From: an uncultured Anaerolineales bacterium
GTDB taxonomy: Bacteria; Chloroflexota; Anaerolineae; B4-G1
Assembly: GCA_964530325.1 (NCBI GenBank)
Contig: CAZHAX010000002.1
Coordinates: 6,400-70,399, forward strand
Length of the DNA: 64,000 nucleotides
Reading direction: 5' to 3'
Shown here: positions 18,571-28,523 of the stretch, piece after piece
How positions within the stretch are numbered: the stretch's first letter is position 1
Layout of the letters: every line of letters begins with the position of its first letter
The notes under the pieces: generated by a model
What the model was told of the DNA's origin: nothing
Seen by the model: the letters and a program-made list of their open reading frames with translations, nothing else
Database searches by the model: none
Made by a program: the position numbers and the translations under genes

Positions 18571-20616
18571 ATGGCGCGACTAGAGCTAGTCTCCCAGTTC
18601 CAGCCTACCGGCGACCAGCCGGAGGCGATCGAGTCCGTCGTGAAGGGCGTCCGCGATGGGTTCAAGCATCAGACGCTCCTGGGCGCTACTGGCACCGGGA
18701 AGACTTACGTCATCTCCAACGTCATCGAGCAGGTGCAGAAGCCCACACTGGTGCTTGCTCACAACAAGACGCTGGCAGCCCAGCTCTATTCCGAGTTCAG
18801 CGACTTCTTCCCCAACAATGCGGTCGAATACTTCGTCTCCTACTACGACTACTACCAGCCCGAGGCCTACGTTCCCAGGCACGATCTGTACATCGAAAAG
18901 GATGCCGATATCAACGAGGAGATCGACCGGCTGCGGCTGGCCGCAACGACCTCCTTGCTCTCCAGGCGGGACGTGATCATCGTGGCCTCCGTATCCTGCA
19001 TCTACGCTATCGGTGATCCCGAGGAATGGGGCAAGGTCGTGGTCAAGCTGGCCCGGGGTGAGCACCATCGGCGCGAAAGCCTCCTGCGACACCTGGTGAG
19101 CATCTACTACGAGCGGAACGATCTTGACCTGAAGCGGGGAGCGTTTCGTGTCCGCGGCGATACTCTCGACGTCGCCCCGGCGTACGGCCAGACAGCCTAC
19201 CGCATCGGCTTCTTCGGCGACGAGGTGGAGCGCATCAGCGAGATCGACCCCCTTACCGGAGAGCTTCTGGGCGAAATGGAGGAGCTGCAGATCTTCCCCG
19301 CCAAGCACTTCGTTACCCCAGAGGACAAGAGGCAGGCGGCGCAGGTCGACATCGAGGCGGAGCTGGAGGAGCGGCTGGCGGAACTGCGCAGCCAGGACAA
19401 GCTGCTGGAGGCGCAGCGGCTTGAGCAGCGCACAAAGTACGACCTGGAGATGATCCGCGAGGTTGGCTACTGCTCCGGGATCGAGAACTACTCGCGCCAC
19501 CTGCAGCAGCGGCCGGCCGGGTCGCCCCCGTGGACGTTGATGGACTACTTCCCGGCGGACTTCCTGCTCGTGGTGGACGAATCGCATATGACGATTCCGC
19601 AAGTGCGAGGCATGTACCACGGCGACCGGCGCAGGAAGGAGACGCTCGTCGAGTATGGCTTCCGCCTGCCCTCAGCGCTCGACAACCGGCCGCTCGATTT
19701 CGAGGAGTTCGAAGCCCGGATCAACCAGGTGGTGTACACGTCCGCCACGCCGGGCCCCTATGAGCTGGAGAAGAGCGAGCAGGTGGTGCAGCAGATCATC
19801 CGGCCCACGGGCGTCGTCGATCCGCAGGTTATCGTCAAGCCGGTAAGCGGCCAGGTGGATGATCTGGTTGGGCAGATCAACGAGCGCGTGGCCCGCGGCG
19901 AGCGCGTGCTCGTTACCACGCTGACGAAGCGTATGGCAGAGGACCTGGCCGATTACCTGCGCGAGTTGGGCATCAAGGTGCACTACCTGCACAGCGAGGT
20001 ACATACGATCGAGAGAGTGGAGATACTGAGGGACCTGCGGCTCGGGGCCTACGACGTTGTCGTGGGCATCAACCTTCTGCGCGAGGGGCTCGATCTGCCC
20101 GAAGTGAGCCTGGTGGCCATACTCGACGCAGACAAGGAGGGGTTCCTCAGGTCGGATACGGCGCTGATCCAGACGATCGGCCGGGCCGCGCGGCACGTCG
20201 AAGGCACGGCGGTGATGTATGCGGACAAGGTGACTGATTCGATGAAGCGGGCGCTGGAGGAGACGGAGCGGCGGCGACGGGTTCAGATCGATTACAACGA
20301 AGAGCACGGGATCGTGCCCGCCACGATCGTGAAGGAAGTACGGGACCTGACCGATCGCGTTCGTGTGGAGGGAGCTCCCGAGCCGAAGGCGGGGTTGAGC
20401 CTGGAGGATCTGCCGAAGGACGAACTCTCGCACCTGATCCTGGAGCTGGAGAGACAGATGAAGAAAGCCGCCGGCGAATGGCACTTTGAGAAGGCAGCGC
20501 TCCTCCGTGACCGGATCATCGATCTGCGGGCCGTGCTGGCGGACAAGGAGGCGGGGGACAAACCTGCCTGGGAGTGGGAAAGGCTACGGGCTCGACTTGA
20601 GCAGGGGGACGGATAG
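18571..20616 (+). CDS. uvrB: Excinuclease ABC subunit B
   Basis: [60 protein letters not shown]-terminal UVR coil. Confidence 0.98.
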   Translation: MARLELVSQFQPTGDQPEAIESVVKGVRDGFKHQTLLGATGTGKTYVISNVIEQVQKPTLVLAHNKTLAAQLYSEFSDFFPNNAVEYFVSYYDYYQPEAYVPRHDLYIEKDADINEEIDRLRLAATTSLLSRRDVIIVASVSCIYAIGDPEEWGKVVVKLARGEHHRRESLLRHLVSIYYERNDLDLKRGAFRVRGDTLDVAPAYGQTAYRIGFFGDEVERISEIDPLTGELLGEMEELQIFPAKHFVTPEDKRQAAQVDIEAELEERLAELRSQDKLLEAQRLEQRTKYDLEMIREVGYCSGIENYSRHLQQRPAGSPPWTLMDYFPADFLLVVDESHMTIPQVRGMYHGDRRRKETLVEYGFRLPSALDNRPLDFEEFEARINQVVYTSATPGPYELEKSEQVVQQIIRPTGVVDPQVIVKPVSGQVDDLVGQINERVARGERVLVTTLTKRMAEDLADYLRELGIKVHYLHSEVHTIERVEILRDLRLGAYDVVVGINLLREGLDLPEVSLVAILDADKEGFLRSDTALIQTIGRAARHVEGTAVMYADKVTDSMKRALEETERRRRVQIDYNEEHGIVPATIVKEVRDLTDRVRVEGAPEPKAGLSLEDLPKDELSHLILELERQMKKAAGEWHFEKAALLRDRIIDLRAVLADKEAGDKPAWEWERLRARLEQGDG

Positions 20617-20892
20617 AGGGGGCGGGATGCCGCGCTCTTGCTCCAATCCCCTGGCTCGCCGGAGCCTGAAGGCCTTGGCCCTCCGCTAGTCTCAGCGCAA
20701 CGACGAAGCGACTCTCTCCAGCTGGATTGCCCCGGCCTGACTACAGCGCGCTGCTCTTCTGCTACCCTGCTTCGCGAGGGCGGGGGAACAAGAAGGCGCC
20801 CCTCTTCGTCATTACAGGCAGACCGAATGGTCGCAGCCGCCGGCGGACGTGGCGGCCGGCCGGATAGAGGTCGGCGATGCAGAGGGACGGGA

Positions 20893-21363
20893 ATGACTAC
20901 TAAGGTGATGATGGGTTTCGTGAGCGCGATTCTCTGCTCGCTGGTGGCCTGTTCGGCGGCGGAGCCAACGCCGACGCCTACGTCTGAGTGCCAGCTGCAC
21001 GACGCCGCGTTGGGTCTGTCCGTGGCGAGGACGACGGTGCGCAGGGGGGAGCAGCTAACGGTCACGGTCTATCTCTCCAATACCGGCTGCGCGCGCCTTG
21101 GGCTGCCCGAATACCGCCTGTTCGTCATACCTGAGGAGGGTGGGGAGCCCCTGGATCCAGTCTATCCCGCCTCTGTCGTCCACAGCCTGGCCGTCGCGCC
21201 GGGGGATGGTGACTCTGCCGAGTTCACGCTGCGTGCGGCGGAGGCCGGCCTGGTCAGGCTCGAGGCCTCCGTGAGCTTCGAGGCTCACCTCGGCTATCCG
21301 GGCCCCGCGTACTGGGCATCCTGCGCTGCCGAGGAGGGTATAGTGGTGAGGGTCGAGCCGTAG
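20893..21363 (+). CDS. Lipoprotein with one Ig-like (CARDB/DUF11-like) domain
   Basis: Lipobox LVAC, PT-rich linker, GEQLTVTVYLSNTG beta-strand pattern. Confidence 0.6.
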   Translation: MTTKVMMGFVSAILCSLVACSAAEPTPTPTSECQLHDAALGLSVARTTVRRGEQLTVTVYLSNTGCARLGLPEYRLFVIPEEGGEPLDPVYPASVVHSLAVAPGDGDSAEFTLRAAEAGLVRLEASVSFEAHLGYPGPAYWASCAAEEGIVVRVEP

Positions 21364-21473
21364 GCCCTGCCCAGCCTTCGCTCGAAGGGGGATGTGCTTA
21401 CCTGCGCGGTCTGTCTTGATGCGGTTGGCCACAGCGACTCAGACTGAGCGAGCAATCCGTAGATGAGGTGACC

Positions 21474-21989
21474 ATGAGAACGCGAACTGTCTGTCTTGTC
21501 TTTGTCCTCCTTGTCGGCCTGCCGTCCCTGGTAACCTGTGTGCCGCCCGCCTCACCCACGCCCAGCCCCACGGGGAGTGAACTGGTCGAGGTGACGGTAT
21601 ACTTCACAGATCAGGATCGCTACGCTGCAGGCCTGGAGCCGTACGAGGTCGGAGTTGCCCGGTCCGTCTCCGCGGACGCATACTTGCCCGAGGTGGTCCT
21701 ATCCGAGTTCTTCGCGGGGCCCACTCCGGCTGAGCAGGCGCAAGGTCTGGTGGCGATCGCGAGCGGCGCGACCGGCTTCAGCTGGCTCAGTATCGAGGGT
21801 GGTATTGCGCGCGTCTATCTGAACGGCGCTTGCTCGTCGAACGGCGCAACGTACACCATAGCCCAGCCGATAACGAAGAACCTGCGGCAGTTCGACGAGG
21901 TGGAGCACGTGAAGATCTACGACGACTCGGGCGAGACTGAGGTGCCCGAGGGTCCTTCGGACTCTATTCCATTCTGCCTGGAGCCGTAG
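21474..21989 (+). CDS. GerMN-domain (lipo)protein
   Basis: Signal peptide/LVTC, PT linker, VTVYF, FAGPT..E..QGL, SIEGGIARVYL, ITKNLRQFDEVEHVKI. Confidence 0.78.
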   Translation: MRTRTVCLVFVLLVGLPSLVTCVPPASPTPSPTGSELVEVTVYFTDQDRYAAGLEPYEVGVARSVSADAYLPEVVLSEFFAGPTPAEQAQGLVAIASGATGFSWLSIEGGIARVYLNGACSSNGATYTIAQPITKNLRQFDEVEHVKIYDDSGETEVPEGPSDSIPFCLEP

Positions 21990-22090
21990 CAGAGCGCCGC
22001 CCTACCCGGCCAAAGTACGGGCGGCCGCAGGGCGCGTGGAATCACTGGGATAGCGGCGCGCAGCCTTTTCTCACCGGACTGAGCGCGGCG

Positions 22091-23128
22091 TTAGTAGAGC
22101 CTGTACTCCTCGCGCAGCCTGTCGGAGAGCTCGCGCGTGACGCGAAAGACGTGCTCCGCCACTGCAACAGACAGCGTGCCTGTGCCGCAAGCGGGGGTAA
22201 CCAGAGACTGAGCGAGCAGTTCAGGGCGCTCGAACCCCTTTCCTTCGAACAGCGCCAGCGCCCGTTCCAGTACCTCGCGCGCCTCTTGGGCGGTGATCGT
22301 CGCTGCCGCGTCGCCGGAGCTGGGCACCACTCCCCAGGCCAGCATACCGCCGCGCCCCAGGAAACCGCGCAGCTCCTCCGGGTATAGGGCCACCGTCTCG
22401 GCGTACTCGTAGGCGTCGAACGAAAGGATGTTCACCGACGTCCCCAGGAGCAGGCTCCAGTCCGTGTTGGCGCAGCAATGCGCGCCGGTCCAGCCCTCCA
22501 GGCCGGAGAGGACCTCCTCCAGAGCATCGATCACCTGTTCCCGAGGCAGGCTGGCGTAGGCGCTGCCCACCATCGACAGGAACGGTTCGTCCACGAACAT
22601 GATCGTCCGCGGGCACAGCTTGCGCAGCTCTCTCTCCTGCCACTGGCCGTGACGGAGAGCGTTCTTGACGATCATGTCTCGCATCATGTCGTCGTACAGG
22701 CTGGGTCGCCGCTCCTGGTCCGTCACCTGCAGGCCGAAGCTGATCGGTCCTGTTACCTGCCCCTTGACAGCCCACGCTCCATCGAGCGGTCCGGCAGCGG
22801 CGAAGCGGTGGAACCCGGCGGCGTACTTGGCGGTGAGGGCGAACCTCTCCGGCTCCTCCTCGAGGAACGCGGCGTAGAAGGGCTCCGCGGCGTCCAGCCA
22901 GCCATCGCTGAGCTGGACAGTTATCTTCTCTCCATCTGTGACAATACCCGGCAGGTACTCCGAGAACTGGGCGTACATGTTCTCCCAGAAGTCGCGGCGC
23001 GGCAGCTGTGGCCAGAAGGGGATGTCCTCGAACGTCTCCAAGATCAGCGCGACAGCCGCCGCCGCGTCCTTGTGTGGAGTACTGCCGATTCCGGTTGCCC
23101 GGCAATTGGGGCGGGCGGACTGACTCAT
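22091..23128 (-). CDS. Core-MetE (folate-independent, MesB-like) methionine synthase
   Basis: Single catalytic barrel (345 aa): GIGSTPH, PFWPQLPRR..ENMYAQFSE, KGQVTGP, DEP, Zn ligands H-x-C (GAHCC) and TPACG; no N-terminal folate-binding barrel. Confidence 0.75.
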   Translation of the reverse strand: MSQSARPNCRATGIGSTPHKDAAAAVALILETFEDIPFWPQLPRRDFWENMYAQFSEYLPGIVTDGEKITVQLSDGWLDAAEPFYAAFLEEEPERFALTAKYAAGFHRFAAAGPLDGAWAVKGQVTGPISFGLQVTDQERRPSLYDDMMRDMIVKNALRHGQWQERELRKLCPRTIMFVDEPFLSMVGSAYASLPREQVIDALEEVLSGLEGWTGAHCCANTDWSLLLGTSVNILSFDAYEYAETVALYPEELRGFLGRGGMLAWGVVPSSGDAAATITAQEAREVLERALALFEGKGFERPELLAQSLVTPACGTGTLSVAVAEHVFRVTRELSDRLREEYRLY

Positions 23129-23139
23129 CTGCTCTAGCC

Positions 23140-23928
23140 CTATCCGCCCTGTGCCGCAGACCTGAGGCGACCGATGAAGAAGGCCAGGCTGGCTCCCAGG
23201 ACGGCGCCGGCCGCGGCGAGGAACAGCCAGTCAGTCGGCTCAGTGGGGTCCTCACCAGTCACAGGCAAGAGCGGGGCCTCCGGCTCGTACGGCTCCGGCA
23301 CCGGCTCGGGAGTGCGGTAGGCGATGTCCAGGTAGGGGCTGGTGGTGGGATCGCCCGCCGTTAGCCGGCGAGCGGCGGCCCAATCGTCCGCCGTAGAGCT
23401 CAGATCGGCCGAGGTGACGGCCAGACCGTTGTTGGGCGTGCCGGCCCGCCAGGCCTGCACCAGCGCGGTGATCTCCCAGCTGTACCAGCCGGCCGCCGAG
23501 GAGACGTCCGTCGTGGCCAAGGCGGCGTCCAGCGCGGGCCAGGCGGACATGTTGTTCCAGTCGATCGAGGCAGCGCTCCAGGCCGCACTTACGCCGTAGA
23601 CGGACATCGGAGCACTGCCGGCGTCGGGTGACCAGTCGTCCACGTAGACCTGGAGGGTAGCCGATTCGATAGTCGCGTCTGCGGGAATCGCGCCAAGCGG
23701 AAAGCGCAGGTAGGTGCGGCAGAAGACGTCGCTACCGGTGTCGGGGCCCACGTAGTTGCCGAAGGGGAGGATCGTCTCGCTCCAGCGCTCGCCAGAGCCA
23801 GGATCCTCCGAAAGGACGCCGACGCTCTGGTCCGGGCCGACGCTCAGGTGGCTCTGCGCCACGGCGGTCGTGCCCAGGGCAGCTGCACAAAGCGCGATCG
23901 CGCAGAGGGGGAGGAGTAGTCGCTTCAT
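23140..23928 (-). CDS. Secreted DNRLRE/CBM96-like domain protein with LPXTG-type sorting signal
   Basis: Signal peptide; RTYLRFPL..IP.DATIESATLQVY, WEITALVQAW...NNGL, PYLDI; then LPVTG + hydrophobic helix + RLR tail. Confidence 0.75.
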   Translation of the reverse strand: MKRLLLPLCAIALCAAALGTTAVAQSHLSVGPDQSVGVLSEDPGSGERWSETILPFGNYVGPDTGSDVFCRTYLRFPLGAIPADATIESATLQVYVDDWSPDAGSAPMSVYGVSAAWSAASIDWNNMSAWPALDAALATTDVSSAAGWYSWEITALVQAWRAGTPNNGLAVTSADLSSTADDWAAARRLTAGDPTTSPYLDIAYRTPEPVPEPYEPEAPLLPVTGEDPTEPTDWLFLAAAGAVLGASLAFFIGRLRSAAQGG

Positions 23929-24006
23929 CAGTCCCTCCTGTTCACTGGGGCCATTCGGCCCGGCTACGCCTGGCGATTCCGGCGCAAGCGCATCCGGCTG
24001 CGCGTA

Positions 24007-27000
24007 CTACTGCAGCTTGTCCTTGATGGCTGCCTGTCGCGGCCACCAGCCGGTGTAGTTGCTCATCACCAACGGAAGGAAGGCGAAGTTCGTTCGCAGC
24101 GTGGCGTTGATCTCAAGCGGGCCTCCCAGCCGGTCCTCTACGACAACCTGGCGCGGAGTGAGCCCCGCATGCGGGAACTCGTGCACGAAGCGCCCGTCCG
24201 TGTAGGCGATGATACGATAGGAGTCGGGCGGCGCCAACGGCGCCCGAGCCCAGGGCCCGGTATCGCCCGGTACGAACTCGAGAACGAGACCGACCGTCCT
24301 TCGCCCGCCTGGCGGCATGTCCGGCAGGGCGAAAGAGGCCCAGTCACTGCCCTGCGCGGCTGTGGGCACGGTGGAGGAGGTCAGCGTCACTCCAGACGTG
24401 AAGGCGACGGTGATGAGGTTGCTCTTGGCGATGTAGTCACCCTGGTTGAAGACGCCGACGTCGACCGCAGCCTGGTTCAGCACATTGGGCGCCACTCCGT
24501 CGATACGGCGGCCCGTCGTCGTATCGGTCACCGCCTGGACCGTGTAGGAGACCACCAGGTTCGCTCCGTGCACCTCGACCGTCTGCAGGTTCCCCGTGTC
24601 TGTGTAGACCTGGGCGAAGTCGTCCGTATACGTTATCACCGGTGCGTAGTCGATCACGAACGTGCCGCTGCCGTCGATCGCAGCTTTGGATCGGAGGACC
24701 ACGAACAACTCGCCCTGGCGCTCCCCGTTCTCCAGCCAGGGCATCTGGCTGGCGTCGAGCGTGGCCGATACAGGCAGCGTGAACTCCACTTCTGTGCCGC
24801 CTGAGACCGTGCTGGTCACGAACGATACCGGAGTCAGGGCGCTGAAGAGCGCGGTTCCCGTGGAGACATGGCCGACGGCCAGCTCGGCCTGCAGGGCAGC
24901 CGCCTCGGCGGCGTTGGCCAGCCCTGCCTCGATCGGGGTGGTCCACCCAGGGAGCAGATCCTCCAGCTCTAGGTTGATCGCCTGGCCCCAGACGGTCTGC
25001 ACGTCGCAGTAGCCGTGGGAGCCGACGCCGATCTCGGCAGCCGGTACCTCGAAGTAGGCCGGCAGGCCGTCTGCAGTCACGGCGAATTCGATCTTGTGTA
25101 CCTCGCCCACGTCGGCGAAGGCCGGGTCGACTTCGACGTCGTAGTACCACACCGTGCGCCAGGCATCGGTCACGATAGCCTGGTGGAGGAAGGGGAAGTC
25201 GAAGAAGAGCGGCTCGATTGACATCGTCTCCGTCACGCTGCGGGTGGTGACAGTGATGCCGGAGGGGGCAGTCGGCGTGATGATCAGATTGGTCAGCGTA
25301 ACGCCGTGGTTGTTCCGTATCTCCAGCCGGACCTGCGTCTCCTCTCCGGGAGCGACGCGGGACCACAACAGGTCGGGCCCGTGGCGGCCGCCTACGTAGA
25401 CGGTCGCGGCCATGTCGCCGAAGCCGTACGACTTGATGAACGGGTCCCAGCCCACGCAGCGCGGGTCCCAGGGATCCTCGATGCGCAGGAAGTGGTAGAC
25501 CTCGTCGTCGAAGGTGGCTACGAGAACAGGCTCTACCGCCTTGTTCACCTGGGCGTCAGCCGAAAGGCCGAAGACCGCCTGGACGTGGGTGTCGTAGACC
25601 TCGTATCTGCTGGGCCCCACTGCCTTCTGGTGGTAGACGAAGCGCGCCCCATCATCGATCTTCATCACACCCTCGCGGTGGAAGTCCGGGTAGGTGCTCA
25701 GCGTGGTGCTGATAAGCAGGCCCTCACGGGCCTGGCTCTCCAGGTACTGCTGGAAGTAGAGGTAGTCGTAGGCTGGGACGGTGACGACTGTGATCAGATC
25801 TGTGTCCGTGAGGTAGCCCTGCAGGTGGAGCGAGTCCCAGGAGCTCTCCCAGTCGCCGTACATTGGCAGCAACTCGAATCCACGTCCGCGGAACATGCCC
25901 TGGGCGATCAGCGTCTCGTCCTTCTGGAGAGGGTCCATGGCCGGGTCGAAATCGGACCATGTCTTCAGGTAGAGCTGCAAGTCCGCTCCCTCTCGGCAGG
26001 GCAACTCCAGCACACGCACCTCGCCGCGCCCGTCGTCATCGCGATCCACCTTGATCTCGAAAGTGGTGTTGACGACGGCGTGATACTCAGGCGGCGGGAA
26101 GGGGACGATATCGTAGAAGACGGTGCGCAACTCCATTTCCTGCGGGCGATCCCAGATGTCCTGGTAGGCCACGCGGGGCATCTCGTGGGGAACCGGGATG
26201 TGGATCACGCCACTGGCGAGATACTCGTGGTAGGGGATGGGGTGGCCGCCCAGGTTGGTGTAGACCGAGCCGCCCGAGCCATCGAGTACCAGGCTGGGGC
26301 TGATCGGGTCGCTGGCGAAGGACACCGTGCGGCTGAGAAGCTCGTGGCTGAACAGCCCGTAGCGGACCGCGGGCTCCTGGTAGTCGTACCCCGGCAGCGG
26401 CCCAAAGTCCCAGACCATCGTCAGCGCCGGAAGGAGGATATCTCCCTCGGTGGTGACGGTGATGTACTGCTCGTAGCCGGGCGGGATAAGCACGGAGTTG
26501 GTGAAGCCGGGCGTCGTCGTGAAGCTGCCGCTATAGGTGTAGACGTGTCTGGGGCCGTTCTCCCAGGTGTTGAGACTGTAGAAGGTGCCGGCGGCGATCG
26601 TCGTCGCCCCATCTATCTCGTCGGGGAGCGGGTAGACGGGTGCCGGTGTTTCGTAGAAGAAGACCTCGTTCAAGGCCCACAGCGTGTCCGAGAGAGAGTC
26701 TGTCGTGCTCGCGCCCCAGGCGTCTGTGATCACCTGTGGTACCAGCCTTTGGTCGTCTACGTCGACGATGGGGGATATGAGCGCGACCACGTCCGTGACC
26801 ACTATCGACTTGGCCCCGGTCTCCTCCTTGTTCTCCAGAGTGAGAGCGATATCGAAATAGCTGCCGTCGCTCGATAGCGGGTAGATGCCGTCGAGCTCGA
26901 TGTCCCTGTCCCCCACCAATCGGGCCGCCATCAAGGCGTCGATCTCAAGCTCATTGCGGACCACGTGGCGCGGCAATCCTGCCGGGTGCAGCTCAGTCGT

Positions 27001-28413
27001 CCAGTAGGAGTCGACGTAGTGGGCAACGGCGGTCGATACGAGCGCGGCGCCCGCGGTGCCGGAGGGTGCCTCGGTGTAGGCGACATAGCTGAAGTCCGTG
27101 TCGCCGGGAGATACCGCGGCGGCAGTCCAGACGATCGTCGTCGTTCCGTCCGGGTTGGCGACGAGCGAGTCCGGGGCAGGGGAGAAGGAAGAGAGTGTCG
27201 TCGAGAAGCCCTGGTGAAGCGTCTCAGTGATCACGACTTCGGCCAACGGGCCGTCCCAGTAGTCCTTGAAGGTGGTGGTGATGGCGATGGGCACGCCGGG
27301 CTCGTAGGCCGGGATCGTGCTGCAGCCGGCTGCGTCCGTGTATTGCTGGCACAGCGTCCCGTAGATGCCACCCCGCTCCCCCATCGCCCAGAGCAGTGCG
27401 TCCAGCACCTGAGGGTGGTGGTTGATATCGTCAGAGGGATGGCCGTTGAACAACACCACCCGCCCGTCTCCAGGCGTCGCCAGGCCGATGGCCACGGAGC
27501 CGGGCTGTGACGTGTCCGCGAACGTGGCGATGGCCGTTATGCCAGCCGTCGCCATGATCGCCGGCTCGTCGAGGACGTAGGTCGTCTGTGAAACCCAGGA
27601 GAACGTGAGCGGATGATCCGGCAGCAGCACGTTCAACTGTCCCTCGTTCGAGGGGTGGGTAACGCGTGTGCTCAGGTCGACGGTGCCGGCAGCGACCAGG
27701 CCGGCTGCCTCCACAATGTAGGCGCCGTTCGACTGCGCGTATAGGAAGCCGCCGGCCTCTACGAAATCGCGGATGGCATCGAGGCCGGCGCTTCCCAGCC
27801 CGGCCGCCACGTCGTCCGCGTATCCGATGCGCATGGCGGGCAGGATAAGGATGTCGTAGTCATCCAGGTCAGAGAGGATCTGGGTTTCCGTGAGCGTGTC
27901 GAAGTAGGGGCAGCCCTGGGGGGTCTCTTCGCACCACAGGTAGACCCGGAAGAGCTGCTCGAAATCGCCCTCCTCCCAGACGACCAGTTGATCGTAGGGA
28001 TCGGTCGCGGAACCATAGAAGATAGCCACCTGCCGCGGATGGAGGGCCAGGGAGCGGCCGACGGTGAAGGACGCTGTAGCGAGAACGGAGTTGAAGTCAC
28101 CGCTCAGCGGGCCGAGCACGGCGCCCGGAGCGTAGTCTGCCGCGTCCACGGTGGCCGTCACCGCCGTCCAGGCCAGGTCCGGGTGATCGTCGTGATGCAG
28201 TGCGCGCCACAGCTCCTTGTAGGCGTTGCGGCGCTCGACGACGCCGGTCTGCCCGGCGCCCAGGGGCGTCAGCTTCTCTCCTGCCGGGAATGCGTAGTCG
28301 CCTGGCGCAGCGCGCAGCGGTCTGGCCAGGGACACGAGAACCAGGGCGACAGCGCAGGCGGCCAGACCAAGCGTCAGGAATAGGCGCAGCGAGCGATTCT
28401 CTAATGTGCTCAT
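24007..28413 (-). CDS. Large secreted protein of unknown function (1468 aa): GATase-like domain, DUF11-like Ig domains, C-terminal FLPLVM tail
   Basis: Signal peptide; LDDYDILILP...DAIRDFVEAGGFLYAQSNGA class-I GATase-like fold; acidic beta-rich body; RBS AAGGAG. Confidence 0.7.
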   Translation of the reverse strand: MSTLENRSLRLFLTLGLAACAVALVLVSLARPLRAAPGDYAFPAGEKLTPLGAGQTGVVERRNAYKELWRALHHDDHPDLAWTAVTATVDAADYAPGAVLGPLSGDFNSVLATASFTVGRSLALHPRQVAIFYGSATDPYDQLVVWEEGDFEQLFRVYLWCEETPQGCPYFDTLTETQILSDLDDYDILILPAMRIGYADDVAAGLGSAGLDAIRDFVEAGGFLYAQSNGAYIVEAAGLVAAGTVDLSTRVTHPSNEGQLNVLLPDHPLTFSWVSQTTYVLDEPAIMATAGITAIATFADTSQPGSVAIGLATPGDGRVVLFNGHPSDDINHHPQVLDALLWAMGERGGIYGTLCQQYTDAAGCSTIPAYEPGVPIAITTTFKDYWDGPLAEVVITETLHQGFSTTLSSFSPAPDSLVANPDGTTTIVWTAAAVSPGDTDFSYVAYTEAPSGTAGAALVSTAVAHYVDSYWTTELHPAGLPRHVVRNELEIDALMAARLVGDRDIELDGIYPLSSDGSYFDIALTLENKEETGAKSIVVTDVVALISPIVDVDDQRLVPQVITDAWGASTTDSLSDTLWALNEVFFYETPAPVYPLPDEIDGATTIAAGTFYSLNTWENGPRHVYTYSGSFTTTPGFTNSVLIPPGYEQYITVTTEGDILLPALTMVWDFGPLPGYDYQEPAVRYGLFSHELLSRTVSFASDPISPSLVLDGSGGSVYTNLGGHPIPYHEYLASGVIHIPVPHEMPRVAYQDIWDRPQEMELRTVFYDIVPFPPPEYHAVVNTTFEIKVDRDDDGRGEVRVLELPCREGADLQLYLKTWSDFDPAMDPLQKDETLIAQGMFRGRGFELLPMYGDWESSWDSLHLQGYLTDTDLITVVTVPAYDYLYFQQYLESQAREGLLISTTLSTYPDFHREGVMKIDDGARFVYHQKAVGPSRYEVYDTHVQAVFGLSADAQVNKAVEPVLVATFDDEVYHFLRIEDPWDPRCVGWDPFIKSYGFGDMAATVYVGGRHGPDLLWSRVAPGEETQVRLEIRNNHGVTLTNLIITPTAPSGITVTTRSVTETMSIEPLFFDFPFLHQAIVTDAWRTVWYYDVEVDPAFADVGEVHKIEFAVTADGLPAYFEVPAAEIGVGSHGYCDVQTVWGQAINLELEDLLPGWTTPIEAGLANAAEAAALQAELAVGHVSTGTALFSALTPVSFVTSTVSGGTEVEFTLPVSATLDASQMPWLENGERQGELFVVLRSKAAIDGSGTFVIDYAPVITYTDDFAQVYTDTGNLQTVEVHGANLVVSYTVQAVTDTTTGRRIDGVAPNVLNQAAVDVGVFNQGDYIAKSNLITVAFTSGVTLTSSTVPTAAQGSDWASFALPDMPPGGRRTVGLVLEFVPGDTGPWARAPLAPPDSYRIIAYTDGRFVHEFPHAGLTPRQVVVEDRLGGPLEINATLRTNFAFLPLVMSNYTGWWPRQAAIKDKLQ

Positions 28414-28523
28414 CTCATACTCCTTGCGGCCACCGTCCCCACGGCGGGTCGCGATCGAAGCGACGCTTGGCCCACTGAGAGAAGAACGGCCGTGGCCAGG
28501 TTACTCGTCAAGGTAGTTCAGCA

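Noticed and set aside
20617-20892. 276-nt intergenic stretch after uvrB as a riboswitch or sRNA
   Set aside because: No recognisable Rfam-type motif and no strong stem seen by eye; a cmscan would settle it.
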